From positions 1-64,000 of IMG/VR virus record IMGVR_UViG_3300017917_002116: a stretch of DNA of 64,000 nucleotides; one strand, given 5' to 3'. Source of the DNA: a virus. Under the pieces are notes generated by a model. It was given only the letters and a program-made list of their open reading frames with translations, had not been told where the DNA came from and made no database searches. The position numbers and the translations under genes are program-made. This document shows, in pieces, positions 30,245 to 39,567 of this stretch; position 1 is the first letter of the stretch, and each line of letters opens with the position of its first letter.

Positions 30245-33027
30245 CCGCCCGTCCTTCCTTTACTGGCATTATCTATATAACGCAATTCTGTATTGCCTGT
30301 TTTGTTTGGGGCCGCGGTGCCGGTAAAGCCGCTGGGCAACAAATATTTGTCTGGGCCTTTTCGACTGGCGGGCACACCCACGCCGTAATTATAATAGTCA
30401 TTGATCGCTGTCACGCCTTGATCAAAGTTTTCATATTTGTTATATCTACCTGTTCTTACATCGTGACCAAGGCCACCTGGGTTATTAAGCGTTGCGGGGC
30501 CTTTCCATTCTGTATTCTTTTTCCAATCTTCCAGGCCGCCGTTATTGCTCTTTTCCAGGGCAAGTGCGGTCATCGTTTCAGGGCTATAGGATTTATATTT
30601 TTGTACCCCTGCATCTGCAAATGCTTGTTTGTTTATTCCATCCAGATGCTCAAATTTAGAATTCAATTGGTTTATGTATTCTTTCTTGGCCTGGGAATAT
30701 GCTTGTTCTTTGCTGATACCCTGTTTTACAAGCTCATTGGCTCTATCTACTGGATTGTTAACTGTTGGTGCAGGGAATTTTGATTCCAATTCTTTTCTTC
30801 TATCCAGAGCACGTTGCACACTGGGATCGGAGCTTACTGTGTTCTGTGTTACTCGATCTTCTGCACCAAAATTAGGATTCTGACTGGAAAGGTTTGCATT
30901 TTCTAATTCTTTTGTGCGCTCCTCGCTAATTTTATTAATGGGCAACTGACCTTGGTCATTTACATTCTGGCCGCCCTGTTGTTGCTTTTCAGGTTCACCA
31001 CCGCCAGATTGTGATAGGACTTGGCTTATATAATTTTCAAATGTGGTATATTGACCATTGACAAATCTAGGAATTATTTTACTTGGTATTGTATTATTTC
31101 TTTTACACTCTAGAGTCTGCGTCCATTTGCCATCTCTAAATGTGTTTATTATACTGCCCACCTGATATATTCCAGATATAGTATCTGCCATATCAAAGAT
31201 CATTAAATCGTCTACAGTATCGTTACTAGGCAATTGTGCACAATAATATATTTGTGCAGGACCTGCATAGAAATTTTGTCCTTTCTTGCCGTAATTTGGC
31301 CAGGCCACAGTTCTAGAATTAAAATCAGGATCGGGCCCTTTTAATTTGTCCTTTACTTCTGTCTTTACTCTGTCTGGCAGATCTATCTTGTCTATGCCTG
31401 CTAGACCGGCATTCATAAAGTTGGGCTCACCTATCCACCAGGGATCTCCTATGATCTCCAAGGTAATCTGCATTAGATCAAAGGGGCTGGCCAACACGTC
31501 ATATATTTTTTGCACCAGGAATGTATTTTCTATATGCTCGTCGCCTCTATGCTTGATAATTTCTGTAGGTTCTATTCTTGGTCTAAGCTGTGGGTAACCC
31601 TGTAACAAATATCTTGAAACTTGACTAAATGGAATATCCTCTAGGTACGGTGCTTGTTGTGGATGATCTGGAAACACGGGGTCAGCAGGGCCAGAGTCAC
31701 CATAGGTGTAGGGTGTTTTCTTTCTATCCCAGTTATATTTTTGTGCGTCCTCTAGTCTACCATCAGTGGTTTCACCATAGTCTGTCCAATACTGTGGTAT
31801 ACCTGGTAAGAAATATTGGCTATTAAGACCCAGTGTCATTTTAATAACATCTGTATTCATACCAGTGTACCAATGATAGTATGATTTTCTTAGATAACCT
31901 TTTCTAATCATCTCATCCAGTCTACCCAACAAGGTCTTGGCAAACTTATCTTCATTGATTAGGTCGATCTCATCAGGAAACTGATACATATTAGGCTGAT
32001 CTACTAGATATACTACATAGAAATTTTTAACGGCATATCGTCCTCGCACATGGTCATATTTTTTATATACAGTATGTGTGGCCACCCTATAGAATTGGTG
32101 TATCTTCTGCAACATACTCTCATTATTTTTCTTGTTGGCCTTACTAGCACCCTGGGCGTCTGGTGTCTGTGGTCTTTCTTTTCCAGGCATGAGATCTTCT
32201 GTGCCCTTGGACAAGGACAGCACATCAAAAATCTGCGCCATGATCGTGGTGCCTTTTTTAGCGGTTACGTCTATCTTTTTATTTGTTTCCCTGTTCTGCC
32301 TGCTTTTATTTTCATAAGAAGTGTCTTTACCAGGATCATGTATCTCTTTGGTTTTTAATTCGTAACTTTTTATCTTAGGATCTAAAATAAAATAAAATTC
32401 ATCATGGTAAGGATCGCCAGCAGCAGGGTGATCGCCACCGCCGCCTTTTTTGCTACCTGCTTTTTGTCTAGCTTCAGCTAACTTAAATTGTTGTAATTCT
32501 AATTCTCTTGCGTACTTTTGGAAATATTCACCAACTGTGCTAACGTCCTTGACCGTGATGGTGTCCACCATCTGCTGCAATATATCTGACTGTACATAGT
32601 CATATTCCATGGCAAACGTTGCATTATATTCTGTGCCTTTTTCGCTGATGTTTCTTATTTCCCACTTGTTTATTAGTATTGGAAATATATAGTGGAATTC
32701 ATCTTTGTCGTAATTTTCTGCACGTAAGTCTACTTCTAAGAAATATCTTGCATCTAACCAGTTGATAATTCCCAACTTGGCGGCGGCCAGTCTTAGATAA
32801 TCTAATAGCCTACAGCCCAATGGTTCTGCAATTTTTAAGTTGCCCATTTGGTGATAGGCCATGGAACTTTGCACATTAACGTCCGTTAATGATTTCCACT
32901 CCAATTCTTGAAAGAAAAATTTACCCGTGGTCGCAGTTTCGGCTATCACTAATCCCAATTGAGGGTTCATCTTGGTTACCAATTTAGGATGAACCATGGT
33001 TAATTTTAAGTAATAGGTATCAAACAT
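30241..33027 (-). CDS. baseplate hub protein (gp27-like) with C-terminal extension
   Basis: YYHWYTG.NTDV, LEIIGDPWW, SGIYQV..I.NTF.DGKWTQTL hub motifs; between the M23 and gp5-like genes. Confidence 0.65.
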   Translation of the reverse strand: MFDTYYLKLTMVHPKLVTKMNPQLGLVIAETATTGKFFFQELEWKSLTDVNVQSSMAYHQMGNLKIAEPLGCRLLDYLRLAAAKLGIINWLDARYFLEVDLRAENYDKDEFHYIFPILINKWEIRNISEKGTEYNATFAMEYDYVQSDILQQMVDTITVKDVSTVGEYFQKYARELELQQFKLAEARQKAGSKKGGGGDHPAAGDPYHDEFYFILDPKIKSYELKTKEIHDPGKDTSYENKSRQNRETNKKIDVTAKKGTTIMAQIFDVLSLSKGTEDLMPGKERPQTPDAQGASKANKKNNESMLQKIHQFYRVATHTVYKKYDHVRGRYAVKNFYVVYLVDQPNMYQFPDEIDLINEDKFAKTLLGRLDEMIRKGYLRKSYYHWYTGMNTDVIKMTLGLNSQYFLPGIPQYWTDYGETTDGRLEDAQKYNWDRKKTPYTYGDSGPADPVFPDHPQQAPYLEDIPFSQVSRYLLQGYPQLRPRIEPTEIIKHRGDEHIENTFLVQKIYDVLASPFDLMQITLEIIGDPWWIGEPNFMNAGLAGIDKIDLPDRVKTEVKDKLKGPDPDFNSRTVAWPNYGKKGQNFYAGPAQIYYCAQLPSNDTVDDLMIFDMADTISGIYQVGSIINTFRDGKWTQTLECKRNNTIPSKIIPRFVNGQYTTFENYISQVLSQSGGGEPEKQQQGGQNVNDQGQLPINKISEERTKELENANLSSQNPNFGAEDRVTQNTVSSDPSVQRALDRRKELESKFPAPTVNNPVDRANELVKQGISKEQAYSQAKKEYINQLNSKFEHLDGINKQAFADAGVQKYKSYSPETMTALALEKSNNGGLEDWKKNTEWKGPATLNNPGGLGHDVRTGRYNKYENFDQGVTAINDYYNYGVGVPASRKGPDKYLLPSGFTGTAAPNKTGNTELRYIDNASKGRTGG

Positions 33028-33037
33028 AGTTAATTAT

Positions 33038-33703
33038 TTAACGAGGTACTCTTGTATCTCGGAGGTCGCCGGCACCAAGCCTGGGGTTCATCACATAACC
33101 AAAACCACCGAAGAATTTATTAATTGCGGGCGTTGTCTGTCCAATTATGCTGCCCTGATCTGGTGGTGGGGGCTGGCCAGGAGGCTGGCCAGGCACTGGG
33201 GGTGCGGGCACAGGTTGTGGTATAGGCGGCTTAGGTTGTCCTGTTTCTGGTTTATAATTTGGTTCTTTAGTTGCATTGGATCCGTTTAGGTCTTTGCCCT
33301 TTTCAAATCCTGCGGCGGCCTGATAGGGTTTTCCTGTATTAGGGTCTGTTTTTTGAGGATCTACGGACTTTCCATCTGGCGTGCGAACTTCATAATGAAG
33401 ATGTGCACCTGTAGATTTTCCTGTATTTCCTGTATTTGCTATCTTGTCTCCGGGATTAACGGTGTCACCAACTTTTACATTTGCGCTATCAAGATGTCCA
33501 TATCTATATTCGGTTCCATTAGCATCCTTGGCATATACGTAGTTACCATAGCCAGGCTCATAGCCAACTCTAGTCACTGTCATTGGCTGATTAGCGTAGA
33601 TTGGGGTACCTACTGGCACAGCGTAATCTACTCCATGATGGAAAGAAGGCTTACCAGTAACTGGATCAATTCTTGGTCCGTATGGGTCTGATATTCTTGG
33701 CAT
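33038..33703 (-). CDS. M23 family zinc peptidase (virion-associated peptidoglycan hydrolase)
   Basis: HHGVDY, GYGNYV, YGHL, TGNTGKSTGAHLHYEVR; Pro-rich linker. Confidence 0.92.
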   Translation of the reverse strand: MPRISDPYGPRIDPVTGKPSFHHGVDYAVPVGTPIYANQPMTVTRVGYEPGYGNYVYAKDANGTEYRYGHLDSANVKVGDTVNPGDKIANTGNTGKSTGAHLHYEVRTPDGKSVDPQKTDPNTGKPYQAAAGFEKGKDLNGSNATKEPNYKPETGQPKPPIPQPVPAPPVPGQPPGQPPPPDQGSIIGQTTPAINKFFGGFGYVMNPRLGAGDLRDTRVPR

Positions 33704-34011
33704 TATACACCTGCACCTCGTTCATACAATATGGACTTGCTAGGTATAAACAACCTCATGCCTGATTTTAAATCCCACAGTGGATCTTTTATAAGATCAG
33801 CATTAGCTAGTGCTATAACCCACCACAATCTACTGGTGCCATACTGCTGATAACTTAAAAGATCTGGTCTGTTTTCGCACTCAGGGGGTACTGTAATATA
33901 TGTGCCGCCAACATCTGTTAAGTCCGGCAATTTAGCAACATCAAGATAAAATTTGTTGAACTCTGTATTGTGTAGATAACTCTTAGGATGATATGATATC
34001 TGATTTGCCAT
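33703..34011 (-). CDS. baseplate wedge protein, gp53/LysM-like
   Basis: RPDLLSYQQYGTSRLWWVIALAN..LIKDP.WD.KSG..L.IP; start taken at ATG 34011. Confidence 0.8.
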   Translation of the reverse strand: MANQISYHPKSYLHNTEFNKFYLDVAKLPDLTDVGGTYITVPPECENRPDLLSYQQYGTSRLWWVIALANADLIKDPLWDLKSGMRLFIPSKSILYERGAGV

Positions 34012-34012
34012 G

Positions 34013-34699
34013 TTAGATATATCCTTGTGCGTATAAGGCACCCTTACTAAACTTGTCAAGATCAAATGTGGTTACAGTCTGATAGGAATTCTGCTGCACC
34101 ATCAACGATATGTTTATAGTAAAAATAGAGGGCAACCACAGCGGCATCTCTACAAGTGTTGTATTAGCTGACGTACTGTATTGTTCGTTCTGTGTTTCAG
34201 TTTCATTGGTAGGATTTTCCACTTTGCGTGGTCCTGTCCTTGATCCCCCGTTGAAAGTTGATGTAACTCTGCCTTTTGAGTCATATACGCCCATGATGTA
34301 ATCCACATCTTCAGGGAAAGTAGTTGAAAATTTACTGATAACTACTGGCACATTGTTAAATATGAATGCACCATAGGCAAAGAATCTTAGTATCCTTGGC
34401 GGCTGACCTTTTTGTGCATCCTGTCTACCATAATTCATTTTGCTGTATGTTCTTAAAAATCTCAGTGCATATTCGCTACTCTTGAAATGCTCGGTTGTGT
34501 GTGCACTGAATCTGGCTGTTAAGTTTATGGTAGGGTTTTCGCTTTTAGAATAAGCGTTTGGTTGGTAATTTGTATGGGTCAATTGATATGCATCATATTT
34601 GACATCGTGACTGTATTCCAATGTCGGTGTATATTGAAACATCAATGGCTGCATTACACCGCTTATGGGGTTGTTTGCCTTTAAATATACTGTGCTCAT
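34013..34699 (-). CDS. tail tube initiator / baseplate-tube junction protein
   Basis: FQYTPT...Y....THTNY...GQPP.ILRF.AYG...FNNVPVVI..F...P.DVDY; ATG 34699 5 nt after TAAATA. Confidence 0.65.
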   Translation of the reverse strand: MSTVYLKANNPISGVMQPLMFQYTPTLEYSHDVKYDAYQLTHTNYQPNAYSKSENPTINLTARFSAHTTEHFKSSEYALRFLRTYSKMNYGRQDAQKGQPPRILRFFAYGAFIFNNVPVVISKFSTTFPEDVDYIMGVYDSKGRVTSTFNGGSRTGPRKVENPTNETETQNEQYSTSANTTLVEMPLWLPSIFTINISLMVQQNSYQTVTTFDLDKFSKGALYAQGYI

Positions 34700-34704
34700 A
34701 ACTA

Positions 34705-34710
34705 TATTTA
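34705..34710 (-). promoter_or_regulatory. late promoter (TAAATA)
   Basis: heads the hub operon, divergent from the gp55 promoter. Confidence 0.6.
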
Positions 34711-34744
34711 TTGTGAAATTATGTATAGTTTTAACCGCAAAGGC

Positions 34745-34774
34745 TTGACATTGCCATTTACTTTCTGTTAATAT
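34745..34774 (+). promoter_or_regulatory. sigma70-type promoter for the gp55 operon
   Basis: TTGACA-18 nt-TAATAT with extended TG. Confidence 0.65.
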
Positions 34775-34781
34775 ACTACTC

Positions 34782-35630
34782 ATGACAACCGCAAATCCAC
34801 AAGCAAAACAATACCTAACGAACAGGGAATTACTAAAAGAAATACATCTGAGCAAGAATCTGTATAGCAGTTATTCCAAACCAGAATACTGTGATTATGA
34901 TCTAATTTTGCCAGATATTTCCAAAATCAACATACGAACAACGGCTGAGGCCAAGCGTAATCGTGCTCTACGGCTTAGTCAACAAGCTCTGGCAGAAGCA
35001 CAAAAAACTAACCCGAAAACCAAGTTGGCAGACGTCGAAATAGACTATAAAAAAGTAGCTAAGACAGACGTTGTATTCAGGATTATGACACATGATCATA
35101 TTCCCCTAGAACCCGGACGCAAAAAGACTCCCAAGAGTCGAGGCGACCATCATACCAAAGTAAATTTTCCACCATATCAACATTTTAAATTTGACGATAA
35201 CGATCAACTAATATGTGTGGGCAAAAGTCATTGGAAGGGTGATATAGACACTGGCGTGTTCTCTATGGAACACGGCACAATGACCAATAAACTAGCAAAG
35301 AGTTTTATGCTACTGGTTGAAAAATACAGTATGCGTTTTAACTGGCGCGGTTATACCTACGTAGACGAAATGCGTAGTCAAGCCTTGCTACAATTATCAC
35401 AGATAGGACTACAATTCGATGAATCAAAATCGCAGAACCCTTTTGCGTATTATACTGCCGCCATTGATAACAGTTTCACTCGTATCCTTAATATTGAGAA
35501 GAAAAACCAAATGATACGAGACGATCTCTTGATTGAGATCGGCAGTAACCCCAGCTTTACTCGTCAGTTCGAACATGAGTCCATGATCAAAGACGAGCGC
35601 GAGCGCATGGCTAACTTGAAAGATGAATAA
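34782..35630 (+). CDS. gp55: late-transcription sigma factor, T4 gp55-like
   Basis: YLTNRELL.EI, NWRGYTYVDEM, FDESKSQNPFAYYT..I.NSF.RILN.EKK; adjacent to gp47/gp46 as in T4. Confidence 0.88.
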   Translation: MTTANPQAKQYLTNRELLKEIHLSKNLYSSYSKPEYCDYDLILPDISKINIRTTAEAKRNRALRLSQQALAEAQKTNPKTKLADVEIDYKKVAKTDVVFRIMTHDHIPLEPGRKKTPKSRGDHHTKVNFPPYQHFKFDDNDQLICVGKSHWKGDIDTGVFSMEHGTMTNKLAKSFMLLVEKYSMRFNWRGYTYVDEMRSQALLQLSQIGLQFDESKSQNPFAYYTAAIDNSFTRILNIEKKNQMIRDDLLIEIGSNPSFTRQFEHESMIKDERERMANLKDE

Positions 35631-36649
35631 TGTCTGACCTCTTTAAACGTGCTGCCGTATTCACGGACATACATTTTGGTATGCGTCAAAACAGCAAGGC
35701 GCATAACGATGATTGTACAGATTTTGTAAAATGGTTCTGTGCCACTGCCAGAGAACATGATTGTGATGTAGCAATCTTCATGGGCGACTGGCATCACCAT
35801 CGTGCCACAGTTAATGTCAGTACCTTAAACTATACCGTGGATGCTATTGATTATATCAGCCGGCACTTTGAACGTTTCTTTTTTATTCCTGGCAATCACG
35901 ACCTCTATTATAGAGAGAAGCGTGACCTGAACAGTGTACCATTTATTCGAAATCAAAAGAACATTGTTTTGGTAAATGATATACACACCGAAGGTAGCGT
36001 TAGCCTTGTACCTTGGTTAGTGGGCGATGAGTGGACTAAGATGAAGCGACTGGACAGTCGCTATGTGTTTGGTCACTTTGAACTGCCCAGCTTTAAAATG
36101 AATGCCATGGTTGAAATGCCTGATCACGGCGGACTCAACAGTGAACATTTTCCCAATCAGGAATATGTGTTTAGTGGACACTTCCACTTGCGTCAGCAGC
36201 GCGGCAATGTTCACTATACTGGCAATGCCTTTCCGCATAACTATGCCGATGCTTGGGATGACAATCGTGGTATGATGATATTTGAGTGGGGCAGTGAACC
36301 CAAATACATTGCCTGGCCCGATGCACCAAAATTCAGAACTATAGATCTAACAAAATTGATCGAAGATCCAGCCAAGTATATGGATAAGAATACATTTATT
36401 CGTATTACTTGTGATGCAGATGTCAGCTATGAAGAAGCCACATTTTTAAAAGAGAACTGGCAAGAAGAATACAACCTGCGTGAAATTACACTAATACCCA
36501 GCAAGCGTGAAGAACACGCACAAGACTGGAGTGGTGATGTTCACTTCGAAAGTGTAGATCAGATTGTACTAACACAATTGGCAGCAATTGATAGTGATGT
36601 AGTTGATAAGCAAGTTCTTATTGACATTTATAATAGTTTAACTGTATAA
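35630..36649 (+). CDS. gp47: recombination endonuclease subunit (Mre11/SbcD-like), T4 gp47
   Basis: metallophosphoesterase motifs TDIHFG, GDWHH, GNHD, GHFE, SGHFH. Confidence 0.92.
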   Translation: MSDLFKRAAVFTDIHFGMRQNSKAHNDDCTDFVKWFCATAREHDCDVAIFMGDWHHHRATVNVSTLNYTVDAIDYISRHFERFFFIPGNHDLYYREKRDLNSVPFIRNQKNIVLVNDIHTEGSVSLVPWLVGDEWTKMKRLDSRYVFGHFELPSFKMNAMVEMPDHGGLNSEHFPNQEYVFSGHFHLRQQRGNVHYTGNAFPHNYADAWDDNRGMMIFEWGSEPKYIAWPDAPKFRTIDLTKLIEDPAKYMDKNTFIRITCDADVSYEEATFLKENWQEEYNLREITLIPSKREEHAQDWSGDVHFESVDQIVLTQLAAIDSDVVDKQVLIDIYNSLTV

Positions 36650-36657
36650 TAACCTAG

Positions 36658-38433
36658 ATGATTAAGATTAAAAATCTTACCATTCGCAACTTTCTCTCTG
36701 TAGGCAATGTTACCCAAGCACTAAGGTTTGATCAACATGGTTTAACTTTGGTCTTGGGTAATAACCTTGATCTTGGCGGAGATGGCAGCAGAAATGGTAC
36801 TGGCAAAACAACCATTGTTAATGCACTAAGCTATGCACTCTATGGCGGCGCTTTAACAAATATTCGCAAAGACAACCTCATCAATAAGACCAACAACAAA
36901 GGCATGTTGGTAACTGTTGAGTTTGACAGTAATGGTCATAGCTATCGCATTGAGCGCGGCCGCAAACCAAACGTTCTGCGGTTTATTGTAGACGATCAAG
37001 AACGTGATCAAGGGTCTACAGAAGAACAACAAGGCGAAAACAAAGAAACCCAAACAGAGATAGAAAAACTCTTGGGAATGAGTCACGACATGTTCAAACA
37101 CATTGTGGCGTTAAATACTTTTACTGAACCGTTCCTTAGCCTTAAGGCCAACGACCAGCGTAATATTATTGAACAACTATTAGGTATCACACAACTAAGC
37201 GAAAAGGCAGATCTGCTCAAAGACTTGATTAAGAACACCAAGGATCAGATCAAAGAAGAAGAATATCGTATAAAGGCTGTAACTGATGCAAACAATAAAA
37301 TTAAAACATCTATTGAAGATCTCGAGCGTCGTAGTCGTCTTTGGCAGGCCAAGCAGAGAGAAGATCTTGAGAAACTTGGGGCTACGATAAACGAACTACT
37401 GAACATAGACATTGAGCAAGAACTTGCCAATCACAAGGCTCTAGCAAAGTGGCGTGAGAACGAAAAGGAACTAAAGCGCCTTAACAAAGATCTTGCCACA
37501 CATCAGAGTGCAGTAAAGCGTGTAACACAACAATTAAGCGAGCTGGCTGGTGCACAGAGTAAGGCACTAGAACATAAATGTCATGCCTGTGGCCAAGATC
37601 TACATGATGAAACACAGGCCAGTATGATGTCTGAGTTAAACGAAGCCATCAGTCTACTGACTGCCGAACTTGAAAACGAGCAATCAAATATCAAACAAAT
37701 TGAAAAAAATATCAAGGAATTTGGTAAGATTGGCGTAACACCAAAAGTCAAATACGACAACATTGACGATGCTGTGAATCATAAGAGCACACTGGAAACC
37801 ATACAGGATCAGTTTGAACGTAGGCATCTTGATGTTGACCCCTATGTCGAACAAATAGATCATTTGAAAACAACCGCCATAGAAGAAGTTAATTTTGAAA
37901 CAATAAATCGTCTTACCAAGCTCAATGAGCACCAGGAATTCTTGTTGAAGTTGCTAACTAGTAAAGACAGTTTTGTTCGCAAGAGAATTATCGAACAAAA
38001 CCTGAGCTATCTAAATCACAGGCTAGCTTATTATTTGGAGAAATTGGCATTACCACATGAAGTTAAATTCCGCAGTGACCTAGAAGTTGATATTACTCAA
38101 CTGGGCCAAGAGTTTGACTTTGACAACCTGAGTCGTGGTGAGCGCAATAGATTGATCCTAGGTTTAAGCTGGGCATTCCGTGATGTGTTCGAAAGTCTAA
38201 ATCGACCACTCAATTTGCTGTTTATTGACGAAATGATTGACAGCGGCATGGACGCCAACGGTGTTGATAGCTCACTGGGCTTGTTGAAGAAAATGAGCAG
38301 AGAACAAAAGAAAAATATTTTCTTAATTAGTCACCGGGATGAACTGGTGGGCCGTGTAAATAACATACTACAAGTAGTTAAAGAAAACGGTTTTACTACA
38401 TTCAATACGGATGTAGAAATGGTAGAAGCATAA
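36658..38433 (+). CDS. gp46: recombination ATPase (Rad50/SbcC-like), T4 gp46
   Basis: Walker A NGTGKTT, coiled coil with CHACG zinc hook, LSRGE signature, LLFIDE Walker B, ISH. Confidence 0.93.
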   Translation: MIKIKNLTIRNFLSVGNVTQALRFDQHGLTLVLGNNLDLGGDGSRNGTGKTTIVNALSYALYGGALTNIRKDNLINKTNNKGMLVTVEFDSNGHSYRIERGRKPNVLRFIVDDQERDQGSTEEQQGENKETQTEIEKLLGMSHDMFKHIVALNTFTEPFLSLKANDQRNIIEQLLGITQLSEKADLLKDLIKNTKDQIKEEEYRIKAVTDANNKIKTSIEDLERRSRLWQAKQREDLEKLGATINELLNIDIEQELANHKALAKWRENEKELKRLNKDLATHQSAVKRVTQQLSELAGAQSKALEHKCHACGQDLHDETQASMMSELNEAISLLTAELENEQSNIKQIEKNIKEFGKIGVTPKVKYDNIDDAVNHKSTLETIQDQFERRHLDVDPYVEQIDHLKTTAIEEVNFETINRLTKLNEHQEFLLKLLTSKDSFVRKRIIEQNLSYLNHRLAYYLEKLALPHEVKFRSDLEVDITQLGQEFDFDNLSRGERNRLILGLSWAFRDVFESLNRPLNLLFIDEMIDSGMDANGVDSSLGLLKKMSREQKKNIFLISHRDELVGRVNNILQVVKENGFTTFNTDVEMVEA

Positions 38434-38442
38434 GGACAATAA

Positions 38443-38649
38443 ATGACAGAAGAAATTGGAATCCCAAACCCACACGAACACATTGTACAACAATATGAAA
38501 TCTATTTGGCAGAACATCAGAAGTTTACTGAGAAGGGTGTCAAGGCCGCTGCGGGTCGCGCACGCAAAGCCCTACAAGAAATGAGCAAGGCTATTAAACT
38601 GCGCCGTAAAGAAATCACAGATCAAAAGGCTGCATTAACTGCTAAATGA
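38443..38649 (+). CDS. small basic Hc1-like (histone H1-like) protein
   Basis: KFTEKGVKAAAGRARKALQEMSK..K.RRKEI resembles the Hc1 family core. Confidence 0.65.
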   Translation: MTEEIGIPNPHEHIVQQYEIYLAEHQKFTEKGVKAAAGRARKALQEMSKAIKLRRKEITDQKAALTAK

Positions 38650-39074
38650 CATGGCTCTATCAAGGCAACGTTATTGAAGAATTGCCTGAAGATTGTGTTG
38701 GTTTTGTCTACATCATTACTAACACAATCACAGGCCGCATGTATATTGGCAAAAAACTGGCAAAATTTAGTAAAACCACCTATAAAACTATAAAACTCAA
38801 AAACGGCAAAAAGAAACGTAAAAAAATTCGTGGCAAAATAGAATCAGACTGGCAAACCTACTACGGCTCCAACGACGAACTTAAACGTGACGTCGAACAA
38901 CTAGGCGCAGACAAATTTATCCGTGAAATACTACATTACTGCAATAGTAAGGCACTAGCATCATACTACGAGGCTAAAGAACAATTTGATAGGCGAGTAC
39001 TGGAATCAACAGACTACTATAATGGGCACATACAGGTTCGCGTTCACGGCTCCCACATTATAAACAAAATTTAA
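38646..39074 (+). CDS. GIY-YIG endonuclease (T4 endonuclease II-like)
   Basis: GFVYIITN...GRMYIGKK, WQTYYGS, REIL, conserved E and YYN; Lys-rich insert. Confidence 0.85.
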   Translation: MTWLYQGNVIEELPEDCVGFVYIITNTITGRMYIGKKLAKFSKTTYKTIKLKNGKKKRKKIRGKIESDWQTYYGSNDELKRDVEQLGADKFIREILHYCNSKALASYYEAKEQFDRRVLESTDYYNGHIQVRVHGSHIINKI

Positions 39075-39079
39075 GACAC

Positions 39080-39567
39080 TACTGATAATGCTCGCACCGG
39101 CAAGTTGATTAGGTGCCTGAATCCCTGGTGATGTCGCGGGGTAGGAATTTCCGAGCAGTAGCGGAGACATGATTGCCACTATCCTGGTGTTGCCAGGACG
39201 AAGCACTAGACTTGAAAGGTGCTGGCAAGTGTATGTATAGTCAAAAAGAGCAGGCAACGGTGAGCTATTACGACCTGCAAGAATTAGGGTGTTAATCTAT
39301 CAGCTAACTAATTCTGCGCCAAAGTGCTAGGTAAAAAGGTACAGCATGACCGCCTTTACCCTATTAGGGTTCTAGTGATAGATTGCGATAATGGGCCTCT
39401 GACAGGTATTTCATTATTTTTCATTTAGCCCTTAACAGGGCTAAGTGCGACTGCAAAACCTTGACAAATATCTTTAATTAGAGTACCTTGTTGAAATATC
39501 AAAGAAGACTAAAAAGAATTGTGTTTTGCGTAAGCAAAATATAATTCTAGTTGTTCTCCGAACAACT
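39080..39567 (+). ncRNA. candidate large structured non-coding RNA
   Basis: ~490 nt with no credible ORF; about 12 helices, a multi-stem junction, a loop-downstream pseudoknot, and G-U pairs valid only on the + strand. Confidence 0.6.

Noticed and set aside
39173-39228. Hammerhead ribozyme (three-stem junction with CGAA)
   Set aside because: The CUGANGA core is missing from the junction.
39003-39243. Group I intron suggested by R-like (caacagacta) and S-like (gtatagtc) words near a GIY-YIG gene
   Set aside because: The R-like word lies inside the nuclease coding sequence, P3/P4/P6 could not be built, and no interrupted host gene flanks the region.
39006-39257. 83-aa minus-strand ORF in the structured gap
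   Set aside because: Non-ATG start, overlaps the nuclease gene antisense, no recognisable motifs.
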